Shown in pieces: positions 27,025 through 40,436 of a DNA stretch of 64,000 nucleotides. The notes beneath the pieces are model-generated. The model searched no databases and was not told the origin of the DNA. It saw only the letters and a program-made list of their open reading frames with translations. The translations under genes and the position numbers were made by a program. The stretch comes from Octopus sinensis (taxonomy: Eukaryota), in assembly GCF_006345805.1 (NCBI RefSeq), contig NW_021833296.1:11891-75890 (forward strand), written 5' to 3'. The first letter of the stretch is position 1, and each line of letters begins with the position of its first letter.

Positions 27025-28580
27025 TTACCTGTTTAATTAGGATTGTCCGTGGAGGGGGACCCTCCACCTTTTTTTTATCCAGGGTCGGAGGTGGACGGTC
27101 TTGGGAAATAGATTTGTCAAAATCCCGTCTCACCACCGACACAGAATTATCAGGTGGAGGGGGAATCTCCCCTTTTCCTTTTCTCGCGGATCGGAGCTGG
27201 TAATCCATGAAATATCGACTTGTTAAAATCTAATCTCAATGAAGATACAGTCTTTCTGTACTTATTTTTAGAATTCTATAAGTCTTATTTGAGACTTCAT
27301 ATATGTCGTAATTGATAAATTCCTCTGAAAGGTTATCAATTTTTTTTACAGTCTTTATGAGTTGAATGTCTCTCATGAGCTCAGTATCTTTAGTGTATAC
27401 GGCTATTATGCCTTTTTCTTCTTTTTCTCTTCTGGCAGTCTTTTTTGGTCGTTGTTCTGTAGTAGTCGCCGCTCTCGGCTGGGTTGCTGGCTGTATTTTT
27501 CTTTTGTTTGTTGTTTTTTTCTCATCTGTTTCTTCTTTATCTTCTTCCTCTTTGTCTTTTTCTCCTCTTCCTCCTCTTCTTCATTTTCCTTGCAGTTCCT
27601 TCGAATGTGGCCTAATTGACCACATAAAAAACATCGAGGTTTTCGCCCTCAACAAACACCACGAGGTTCTCCTCCCCTACCTCAATTGTCTCAGGATTGT
27701 TTGAATTATTTTAGGGTCCGCTTGAATGAGAAGATTAATTGTTTTACCATCCCAGCGTGGGTTTTCCGTAGCGGTAGCCTGGAGGAGAGTAATTTTTTCT
27801 ACCTCTTTGATTAGGACTGCCGCCAACAACCACATAGGTTCGACCTCTGGCGGGACCCTTGTAATTTTTATTCGCGACGTCCTCATCCCCATATAATAGG
27901 GTATTAACTCCACGTCGTTCGTTTTCAACGTTTCCACTGAGTTCTTGTGTGCTATTTCTTATTGGTGAACCTTACTTCCACCGTTCCGAATTTTTTCCTC
28001 TTCTCAGAAATACTACGTCGCCAAATATTGGCTTTAAGCACTTTTCTATTTTCTCTTCTGACATTCTTTCAATTTTTCTATTTTGTAGACAATATGTTTT
28101 GAAAATTATTGTTTTTTGCTTTTCTTCCTGTAATAACTTTTGCGGAGGTTCAATTTTCACACTGTTGTCATTTATTTCCATCATTTTGCTGTATTTCATA
28201 ATTTCGCTTTTATTCGTCGACAGTATCTGGGTTCCACCCCCAGCAGCCAACGCAAAATTTTTTTTTCCATTTTTTGGTTCTATCTGGATGCTAGGCACAT
28301 CAATTATTCTCTTCGACACAATGCCTTTGTTCTCTGGCAAAGTCGGAAACTCTTCTGGTGAAAGTTCTGACGAGCTCTCAGACACATCTCCAAAAATATC
28401 AAATATATTATCCTCTCTGCTATTCCTTCTTGTAGCGGGGGAAACCCCTATTTCCTTGTCTGTAGTTGGCTCCTCGCCGGACATGTATTTCCTCCTCTCA
28501 ACAGGAGAAACAAGTATTTCTGCTCCAACGGTAGGCTCCATGCTAGACGACATTCTTCCCCCCAAAGGGGGAATGAACAA
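26950..28580 (-). pseudogene. Tx1 ORF1 (gag-like: putative RRM-like region, CCHC zinc knuckle, K/E-rich tail), frameshifted
   Basis: ORF pieces 27972-28580, 27677-27937 and 26948-27208. Manual translation at 27592-27633 gives CFLCGQLGHIRRNC (CX2CX4HX4C). The RRM assignment is by eye only. Confidence 0.8.
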
Positions 28581-28719
28581 CGCGTGCTACCACAAGCACT
28601 AAGTGTTTTCAATTGAAAACTCCAACAGTTAAGTTATTCAACAGTTTAACAAGAAACAACAGTTGTTAACAATATTAACACCACGAAACAGCAATTCTTA
28701 CTTCACGAACACATGCGCA

Positions 28720-28780
28720 CCAGACGAAATACGGCTACGCATTTCGCCCGGCGTGCTAACGTTTCTGCCAGCTCGCCGCC
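28720..28780 (-). mobile_element. SINE2, 5' head of the copy that hosts the Tx1 LINE
   Basis: GGCGGCGAGCTGGCAGAAACGTTAGCACGCCGGGCGAAATGCGTAGCCGTATTTCGTCTGG (contains box A). Confidence 0.9.
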
Positions 28781-28947
28781 TTTGCGCAGGAGGGTGTCTA
28801 CCGTCAACACTTAGGACTTTTGCTCTGGTAACTTTCCTACTATGTATCATGAAGCAGTGAATAACATGATATGCGTGCATTATATTACATATTAATTAAA
28901 ATGTAACAAAAGATTTTTTTTTATGTAGCTCATTTATTATTTTATTC

Positions 28948-29898
28948 GTGTCAGATCATGACACCAAAATGGAAGTCGTCAATTGGGAGAAAAAAACAAG
29001 AAACGCTGCTTCTACTAGTAGTAGGACTCGGTCGGACGAAGCGTACAGACAAGCCGAACAAGAACGAGATACAGAGGCACGGAATGCAAAGCGCCAAAAT
29101 ATAGAAGTGAGAGACTCTAAGCAACAAAGAAATACCTCAGCACGTCGATCACGTAGGCTAAATCTGACTGTCAGAGATGTAGAACAAGAGGAAAATACTA
29201 CAGAACGTCGATCAAGTAGGCTAACTCCGGCTGTCAGAGATGCAGAACAAGATAACAATACCGCAGCACGTCGGTCAAGTGTTCTACAGTTCGACCTACC
29301 GAATAAACCTTATGAAACTCGAGCACGACTGCGAGTTACGCATGGCAATTGCAAGTCGAAGATGATGAGTTACAAAATATTTCCCTCGCGGATAGTGAAA
29401 TCGATGAAATGATCACAGATTATTACTTAATTGCAGCGCAAGATGATTTTGAGGAAAATAAGATTCCAGTATCACACCGGTCTCACAGCTGAGGCGGCTT
29501 TGGAGATTATGTATGCCCGCATTGCAAAACGAAACACTGGCCTGCTGAACCAATTTCCCTATGCTGTGAAAATGGGAAAGTTAAAGTTGAGCCTATTCCG
29601 AATTTATCAGATGATATTCTGGGGCGATAGCAGATTCATAACAAAAATCCGATCATAGAACAATGCACTTGCATTTGCTTCAATTGGATGCAAAATTGAT
29701 ACTTCATCAAGTGGATTTAATCCAACATTCAAAATACAAGGTAAGGGCCAGACTTGGGATCACATCGGTGTGTTTCTGCCCTCTCTCATGTTCACGCACA
29801 GCCAGCCGTATGTCGCGATGAGTAAGGCGGCGGATTCAGCTAATTTGAAACTTAGTTGTGGACAAACGGAGACTATTGTTAACAAAGAGGTTTTGTAA
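28948..29898 (+). pseudogene. Helitron Rep/Hel remnant: charged repeat N-terminus, Zn-finger-like motif, fused helicase C-terminus
   Basis: ORF 28948-29412 (repeats of the type RDxEQxxNTxARRSxR) plus manual translation of about 29495-29898. Confidence 0.85.
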
Positions 29899-29944
29899 AG
29901 ATAGGTCCATCAATACGTTATATAAATATTTACATATATATTGG

Positions 29945-30115
29945 GAGATTTTACGAAAAAAACAAAAGACGAAGACAGGTGCTGTACAAAACAAACAGAT
30001 GTATTAGTATAACGCTCAGGAATAGAAAAAGTATTTTACGTTTCGAGCCTACGCTCTTCTACAGAAAGGGACACAGAAAAAACAAGGAGAGAAAAAAATG
30101 TGTGTAGTGACTAAC
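29945..30115 (-). mobile_element. Family Y repeat with a minimal HHR (30034-30068), inside the Helitron 3' region
   Basis: CUGUAGA-A-GAGC-GUAG-GCUC-GAAAC-GUA; homologous to 35410-35575 and 36295-36490. Confidence 0.65.
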
Positions 30116-30641
30116 GATAAGGTACATTATATAGTTTGGCGCTATCAAATATAATAAATAAAATTAAGTACTTTGCAACTTAAATTGTCTCGATTTGCAG
30201 CCTGCTCTTATCACCCATCGTAGATGGGTAAGTTTGCTAGTATATTATAATAAAAGGGTAAAATCAATACTAATGTTACCTGGTGGTCAATGCGGAAATA
30301 AAAACATTACAGGTAAATTTTCCAAAATGTTTTATAATTATATACATAATTATAACAAGGGATCGGTTTTAACGCCTAACCACCCACTGCAAAAAGTAGA
30401 CGCTAAAGCCCCTATTGGTGGTAAATCGGGGCTTTAGCATCTATTTCTTATATATATATATTATATATATATATATATATATAAATATTTAAGTAGTTGA
30501 ATGAATTATCCTAGTATGGATAATTCGGTTAACCGATACCCGGGTAGCAAATTCACGTCAGAAAAACACGGTTGAAGCTACATGCCAAGGGCAGAGATCA
30601 CGTGCTTTCGTGTGGAAATTTGTGTGTTATTTTTAATACAA

Positions 30642-30791
30642 ATAAATGAAAGAATGGAGTTGAATGACGATTTAACAAAATTCCTTTATTCTCGACATAT
30701 GTTTCGAAGACTGCATATTCCTAATTTCGAAGGAAATATGTTGAGAATAAAGGAATTTTGTTAAATCGTCGTTCAACTCCATTCTTTCATT

Positions 30792-30793
<2 letters not shown>
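30642..30793. repeat. Foldback with 58-bp arms and a 35-nt loop
   Basis: Arms 30642-30700 and 30736-30793 are near-perfect inverted repeats. Confidence 0.9.
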
Positions 30794-30856
<63 letters not shown>

Positions 30857-30934
30857 CAACAATTATAAAATCAATCAATAATTACATACACAAGTTCTGT
30901 AAGGACTCTCTTGCACTAGATAGATAGATAGATA

Positions 30935-31519
30935 AGTTTCTTTATTGGCCACACAGGGCTGCACACAGATGGGACAAGTTACAAGGTAGAGCTTTTCTTT
31001 TCGGGGATGAAAAAACAAAATAAAAAAAACAAAAGAAACAAAAAAATGTGGCGTAGGTTTTCGATCAAAAGAGATCGTAAAAGGGAAAAAAGAAAAACAA
31101 ACGAAAAAAAAAAACAAAAGAAAAGAAAAAGGAAAAAAGAGGAAAAAGGGGGAGAGGAAAAAAAAACAAACGATCTTTAGGGATCGTGTATCACAGTGTC
31201 ATGATGTACGGTGTAAAGGGGGAAGCAGATAAGGTTTATTCGTGGGAAGAAAAGCCTACGAAAAAGACCACGGTAACCTCGGTCATTATTGTTATATGTT
31301 ACCACATTTGTTTGCAAGTGGGTAACCCTCTGTTTTCAATTTCTGGGTTCATAGGATTATGCTCAAGGTGGCTTCGTCATTCATACGTGCCATCCTTGCT
31401 ACATTCACCCGTCTTTTTTTAAAACGTTCGCTAGACAAAACTTGCCTCTCTACTCTCACTTTCCTTTACAAGTGGTACTTGAAGAAGTTGATGAGAGATT
31501 GACCAGAGAGGAAAGTGTT

Positions 31520-31520
<1 letters not shown>
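30935..31520 (-). mobile_element. 5'-truncated Tx1-clade LINE (family B) inserted in (GATA)n
   Basis: Translation [34 protein letters not shown] is homologous to the family A C-terminus FHLKRKLWLEKRCLSECTFRKRWKYVAR. Tail is GCAGCCCTGTGTGGCCAATAAAGAAACT. GATA repeats on both flanks. Confidence 0.85.
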
Positions 31521-31572
<52 letters not shown>

Positions 31573-31573
31573 G

Positions 31574-31622
<49 letters not shown>

Positions 31623-31669
31623 GTAGTTAGATAGATAGATAGACAGATAGATAGATAGATCGATCGATC

Positions 31670-31708
<39 letters not shown>

Positions 31709-32419
31709 CTACAGACATATAGACAGATTAAATTGACTGAGAAAGAGAGAGATAGAGGGTGCTAGAGAGATAGATACATACCAACCTATGTATCTATATA
31801 CAAACATGCACACACACGCACACAAACACACACACATACTCTCTCTCTTACTCTCTCTCTCACACAGATAGAAGCACACACACTCACATTCACTTCAAAG
31901 CAGACGCTTACTTTGACAATGCCACGAACATATGTTTAATTGCACCTTGTGGCTAGAAGCTCACATGTTCCTGGATCAAATTTACTGCAGGCGACCCTCT
32001 TTGTTTCCTGAGTTCAAGAAGCTGACAGATAAATCTAAAACCGTCTGTGAAAGTCACCTGCTATGGATAGGTTTTTCCTACACAAGGAAGGAAGGAAGGG
32101 AGATTCTCCTATAATTAATTAAATGACATGAAACCGGAAAATACGGACAGACTTTTAGAGGATGCTTACCTATTGCATTGCATTTAGGTATAAAATCTCA
32201 CACATTCATACAAACTCGCATACACGCGTTGGCACAAATATAGGCACGCATCCGTACCATGCGTTACGCATGCGCACACACACGAAACCCCATTCGTTAC
32301 GTAATATAATGGGATGTTTAGTATTTCTGTTTGCATGTATGTGACGAATGTCGATGTGCATTTATACACATACATGCACATGCGCGCGCACACACACAGA
32401 CACACAGACACACATATAT

Positions 32420-32456
<37 letters not shown>

Positions 32457-32479
32457 TTAAAATTACTAAGTCTCTCTAA

Positions 32480-32600
32480 TTACCGTGATTACCGTGACTG
32501 ACCAGGCTATCAGATGTTACGACACATCGCTGGTCACGATGCGCTTCGCATTGTTTTAGCCTTCAGATGACGCCACCCGCTGGCTAAGCGAGCAGGCCAA
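32480..32600 (-). mobile_element. Isolated tail D
   Basis: About 110 nt matching 20335-20435; ends in the tandem repeat TCACGGTAA. Confidence 0.75.
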
Positions 32601-32607
32601 TATATAT

Positions 32608-33162
32608 AAGAGCAAAACGCCCCCCGTGTAATGGACGGTGCTGAATCATATCTGCTGAATAAAAAGCAATCAGTGTTTTCTTTTCATTAAAAAAATAATT
32701 AAGCATGCCTTTATTTCTTTAAAATTTTTGTTTTTGTTAAACGAAGTTAAGGCAAAAAAAAAATAATAACTTCTTGAGAAACCAAATAGTCTTTCCTTCC
32801 TTCATGCCAAGTTTGAAGAAAATATCTCTTTTGTATCTTACTTTTTTGGTCTCTTAAATATACTGCATTTTGTGGCATTATTTCAAGCCAGCCGGCTTTT
32901 TTCCGCAAACTGCACGTGCATTTTTCTCGCGTACACGTAGTATCGATCGCAACAGCTGATGTACTTCCGCGTACGAATGCATGTTCCCACGGCTTTATTC
33001 ATCGCATTCTCACCTGGAATCGATTTTTGCAATTTTTTCAAGACTTATACACGCCCTGATACCATCGGTATCTACATATTAAATTTGAGCGCAATCGGAT
33101 GGAGGATGCCCGAGATCCTAGAAGACATACACACACAGACAGAACGGATTTTTTATAATAGG
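32608..33162 (-). mobile_element. Probable non-autonomous Helitron-like element
   Basis: 5' CTATTATAAAAAATCCGTTCTGTCTGTGTG...CCATCCGATTGCGCTCAAATTT resembles HelitronN heads. 3' hairpin CCGT-CCATTAC-ACGG at 32624-32638, but the terminal CTAG is not intact. Confidence 0.5.
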
Positions 33163-33394
33163 TAAGTAAAACGATATGTAATTGTAAGATGCAAGGATCA
33201 AGGTGTAGGAAGTTAGTACGCTTCGAGCATACCGTTGAGAGTATAAAAAAACAGCTTTTAGGAACAGTAATAGTTGGTTGACGTAGAAGGTTACAGGTCT
33301 TTGCCACATCGAAGTTCGATAAGTTGAAAGAAGTTTTAATTATAGTTCACGGTTAGCAACAAGGGTGACTACGAATGCAAATTGAAATCCAAAT

Positions 33395-33715
33395 TGAAGG
33401 GTTCAGTCCCATTGGGTGGCACATTGGACAAGTGTCTTCTACTGTAGCCAAAGGCTTCAGAGTGAATTTGATACACGGAAACTGAAAGAAGCCCGTCGCA
33501 TATATATATATGTGTGTGTGTGTGTGTGTTTGTCCCCCCAACATCGCTTCACAACCAATGCTGGCGTGTTAACGTCCCCGTAACTTAGCGGTTTGGACTA
33601 AGCGACAGATAGAATAAGTACTAGGCTTACAAAGAATAAATCCTGGTGTCGATTTGCTTGGCTAAGGGTGCTGCTCCAGCATGGCAACACTCAAATGACT
33701 GAAACAAGTCAAAGA

Positions 33716-33716
<1 letters not shown>
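33395..33716 (+). mobile_element. SINE1
   Basis: Family consensus with a truncated head. Confidence 0.85.
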
Positions 33717-33779
<63 letters not shown>

Positions 33780-33783
<4 letters not shown>

Positions 33784-33870
33784 CTTCCTTTTCCTGAGCG
33801 CCTATTAATAATAATACTGTAATTGTTCCATTGTTGTTGTTTTTTTGTTTCCCGTTTGGATTAAAATTAT
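33780..33870 (+). mobile_element. Family X repeat, 3' fragment lacking the HHR
   Basis: TTCCTGAGCGCCTATTAATAATAATACT...TGTTGTTGTTTTTTGTTTC...TTTGGATTAA matches the reverse complement of the other copies. Confidence 0.55.
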
Positions 33871-33887
33871 ATATATATATATATATA

Positions 33888-34609
33888 TTTAAAAAATAGG
33901 ATAAAATCTTAATAAGAAATCTTAACAAGAAATTATCGAGTAGTTAGCGTGAAAAACCTCATAAGAGAAAAAAACTGTAAATTTTTTTCTTTGAAAATAT
34001 TTAATTATATTGTATAGATGGCATTATTACACATAAATGCCACACGGTACAATGTGTTTATATTTGGTAGTTATGACTTTAAGAGTCCCTCCTAGCGTGT
34101 GGCATTTATGTGTAATAATGCCCTCTATACAATATAATTAAATATTTTCAAAGAAAACAATTTACAGTTTTTTTGTCTTATGAGGTTTTTCACGATAACT
34201 ACTCGATAATTTCTTGTTAAGATTTCTTATTAAGATTTTATCCTATTTTTAAAATTTGTTCCGAAAAAGCACGTTGTCTCCCGAAATGCAATTCAAAAGA
34301 GCCCGCCATTTACATAAATGTATGATGGGTAAACATTTCCTTACGCTACGATGACGGCGACGGTTGTCCACATGGTATGATGCTTTTGTTTATTTATGAT
34401 ATATTTTGGATTCGCTTCACTGAAGAGCAAGGGACGCGTATAACATGTTAATTGCGAAATCACAAGTGATATGGAGCTAAATTCTGTTTTTAAGTAACTC
34501 GCTTTGAGAATTGCATTCGGTACAATGTGTTTATATTTGGTAGTTATGACTTAAAGAGTCCCTCCTAGCGTGTGGCATTTATGTGTAATAATGCCCTCTA
34601 TACAATATA
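33888..34609 (+). mobile_element. Non-coding HHR element with a 5' foldback and a 473-bp direct-repeat period
   Basis: Inverted arms 33888-34046 and 34096-34253; direct repeats 34045-34137 and 34518-34609; HHR 34414-34477; (TA)n on both flanks. Confidence 0.8.
34414..34477 (+). ncRNA. Type I hammerhead ribozyme motif
   Basis: GCUUCA-CUGAAGA-GCAA...UUGC-GAA-AUCAC-AA-GUGAU-A-UGGAGC: 6-bp stem I, 4-bp stem II, 5-bp stem III, AUA triplet. Confidence 0.9.
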
Positions 34610-34621
34610 TATATATATATG

Positions 34622-34950
34622 CTGAAACTCCCTTCCGTCATCATGACTGACCATGGGATTGCACCTAGAAAGTTACCCTCCAAGGCACAAGTTGTTTATG
34701 GTAGGCCAGTAGTCTTCCATACATACCAATCACCCCTCTCCACGCCACCAGTGTTAAGCAAGGGAAAGGCAAAGGCCGATACAGCTTGGCACCTGTGACG
34801 TCACAACCGATTTCTACAGCTGAGTGAACTAGAGGAACGTGAACTAAATATCTTGCTCAAGAACAAAACGTATTGCCTGGTACAAGAAACGAAGCCACAA
34901 CCTTACGATAATGAGTCCAACACCCTAACCCTAACCACTAAGCCGCGTTC
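34622..34950 (-). mobile_element. SINE3-headed element with a distinct tail
   Basis: Reverse complement of the SINE3 head at 34850-34950; tail ends GGTCAGTCATGATGACGGAAGGGAGTTTCAGC in (TA)n. Confidence 0.7.
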
Positions 34951-34953
34951 CTG

Positions 34954-35035
<82 letters not shown>

Positions 35036-35409
35036 ATATATATATTTCAATTCACGATTACATCACTGTACATAAATCCCCTCACTAAACAAGGTTTTCG
35101 AAACTTGTCTTTGTACATATATATTCCCCTCCTATTACCGAAAGCTGAACAGTTATTTCCCTTACCCACAACAATAAAAATAATAACGATAACCAATTAC
35201 CTCCCCTTTTTTATCTACTTGTTAAGTCATTCACTCGTGAATTTCATCACATCACACACAACATGGACAAAATTTCTTCTTAAGAAAAAATTCATATTCA
35301 AATAAGTAAAACATATCATGAATAGCGATAGCGAAACCGGTCGATATATTAAAAATCATATTAAAACTATGTAAGTGTGGGTATTTTCCTTTTTTAATTT
35401 CTTATATAT

Positions 35410-35575
35410 AGTGAGAATTTACAAAAAAAAAACAAAAAACAAAAGACGAAGACGGGTATGTAAACAACAAACATGTAATAGTCTAACGCTCGAGCAGTGA
35501 GAAGGACTTTTACGTTTCTAGCCTACGCTCTTCGACAGAAAGAAACACAGAAATAAAAAGGGAGAGGAAAGAGAG
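35410..35575 (-). mobile_element. Family Y repeat with a minimal HHR (35507-35542)
   Basis: CUUU-CUGUCGA-A-GAGC-GUAG-GCUA-GAAAC-GUA-AAAG. Confidence 0.65.
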
Positions 35576-36294
35576 CCACAGGGAGAGCCAAGCGGGTTGG
35601 AATTTAGTAGATTGTCACTCTTGAAAAACACAATTATCCTTGATTTCACCCCCTTTCAATTATCAATATTGAAGTTTCCATTCGTTGTAGTTAGTTATAT
35701 TCAATTTTATACTGATAAACAGAAAGTGAATATTTCAGATTTATTGTGTTCGCTGATAAAAATGCTTTAATCGAAAATACAACATATTTTTCTGATATTG
35801 TGAGATTTCTATAACTTTTATGATCGTATTAGTCGATTCCAAGCTAATTTATAGCGTGTTTTTCGGTTATTTAAGCCTCATCAAAATACTTCGCCAGTGG
35901 AACATCCCCGACAAAAAAAAGTTTTAAAAAATTGTAAACGATTTCTGGAAGTCCCTGATCAATGCATCACTCAGTGAATAATTTTTCTTTTGAACGGTTG
36001 CCATAAAACTGATAGGTTTACTAACGTTAGCTTTTAATCTCGCCGCTGATGAAGGCACAACACAGCCTAATTAACTGCTGTTTTAATATTCCAAATATGG
36101 CCATCCCTATGGATTGACAGGCAGACAGACAGAGACACACACACATACACACACACACACACGTACATACACACACACCACACACAAATACAGAAAATTA
36201 TCTATCAATCTATCCATTAGGATTGTACGATCGTGTATGTATATATTTATATACCAACTTGCTTATACACATACAAGTATATACATATAAATAT

Positions 36295-36489
36295 AGGAAG
36301 AGTTTACGAGAAAACAAAAGACGAAGACAGGTGGTGTACAAAACAAACAGATGTATTAGTATAACGCTCAGGAATAGAAAAAGTCATTTACGTTTCGAGC
36401 CTACGCTCTTCTACAGAAAGGGACAAAGAAAAAAGGAGAGAAACAACGAGAGAAAAAATGTGTGTAGTGGCTACGATCTATCATGGCGA

Positions 36490-36490
<1 letters not shown>
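36295..36490 (-). mobile_element. Family Y repeat with a minimal HHR (36386-36420)
   Basis: CUGUAGA-A-GAGC-GUAG-GCUC-GAAAC-GUA. Confidence 0.65.
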
Positions 36491-39420
<2,930 letters not shown>

Positions 39421-39763
39421 GCGACGGCATCTCTTGCGTTCAATGAACGCATTTCGTAAGTACGATTGTGTGCGTATGTGGGTGAATCTTCTGGATAGCA
39501 TATAGGTATGAGTTTGCGTATGTGTGTGTATGTGTACCTATGAGTGCGTGTACGTGTGTGTGCGTGTGTGTGTGTGGGGGGGGGGGGCTTGCAATTGAAA
39601 GGTGAGTTTTGGAGGATGCTGGTTCAGTTAAGCGCGTGCTCCGGTAGTCGACAGCTTCGTTGCTGGTGTGCGATGTAGTGATGACAGTGATGACAGTGGT
39701 GTCGTGGTTGGTGATGCACAAGAAACAGCTGTAGTGTGGGTGTGTCAGTATTGACAAGAGGGA

Positions 39764-39804
<41 letters not shown>

Positions 39805-40081
39805 AGAAACTGAAAGTAAGAGACAGAGAGAAGCGATCAGCTGACAGAGGATGCACTTAAAAAGGTGTGGTGAGGCTGACTGTTGAGGATGGAGGTTTTT
39901 TTTTTTAAAGTATGGTGTCGGTGATGGTGTGAGGATTGTAGACAGTTTAATGTCGGTAATGGTGATAGTAGTTGTAGTGGTGATGAGACCGGTTGCAATT
40001 AAGGTGCCGGTGATGGGGGGGGGTGATGCTTTTTTACCCCGAGTCAGTCCTGAACGGGATGATATATAACCAAATTCATAA

Positions 40082-40310
40082 GGCGGCGAGCTGGCAGAAA
40101 CGTTAGCACACCGGGCGAAATGCTTAGCGGTATTGCGTCTGTCGTTGCGTTCTGAGTTCAAATTCCGCCGAGGTCGACTTTGCCTTTCATCCTTTCGGGG
40201 TCGATAAATTAAGTACCAGTTACGCACTGGGGTCGATGTAATCGACTTAATCCGTTTGTCTGTCCCTGTTTGTCCCATCTATGTTTAGCCCCTTGTGGGC
40301 AATAAAGAAA
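40082..40310 (+). mobile_element. SINE2 tail B with a 14-bp TSD
   Basis: GATATATAACCAAA at 40061-40074 and 40313-40326. Confidence 0.92.
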
Positions 40311-40436
40311 CAGATATATAACCAAAGCTATTCCGAACGTGGTCGTCTTTTGTTTTACCCTTATGTGATGTAAAGCCAGTATCGCAAAGAGCGTATCCCC
40401 TTCTGAAGTGGAGATTTGGGGGGGGGGGAGAATAGA

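Larger units (their letters stand above)
23379..28719 (-). mobile_element. Near full-length L1/Tx1-clade non-LTR retrotransposon (family A), about 5.3 kb
   Basis: ORF1 with CCHC knuckle, then ORF2 with APE, RT and C-terminal Cys motif. Bounded by the exact direct repeat CCAGACGAAATACG at 23365-23378 and 28720-28733 (TSD). 3' end reads ...GGTGGGCAATAAAGAAATT. Confidence 0.95.
22661..30240 (+). mobile_element. Internally deleted Helitron, interrupted by SINE+Tx1 (23175-28802) and by a minimal-HHR element (about 29945-30115)
   Basis: Rep N-terminal motif CPHCKTKHWPAEPISLCCENGKVKV at about 29514-29588 and IRS*NNALAFASIG...FKIQG; helicase C-terminus GQT...IGVFL...FTHSQPYVAMS...TIVNKEVL*. 3' hairpin ACCCATC-GTA-GATGGGT followed by CTAG|T at 30237-30241. 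The 5' end (TATACTTTATTTAAAAG) is approximate. Confidence 0.85.

Noticed and set aside
30397-30443. 16-bp hairpin TAGACGCTAAAGCCCC/GGGGCTTTAGCATCTA
   Set aside because: Considered as the Helitron 3' end, but the hairpin+CTAG at 30213-30240 fits better; left unexplained.
31932-32114. 60-aa ORF in unique sequence, a possible host exon
   Set aside because: No recognisable domain and no convincing splice-site pair.
35313-35347. Minimal HHR-like fold AUAUC-AUGAAUA-GC..GC-GAAAC-CG-GUC-GAUAU
   Set aside because: Two core substitutions; at best a decayed relic.
36046-36075. CTGATGA-AGGC...GCCT
   Set aside because: The GAAA half-core and stem III are missing.
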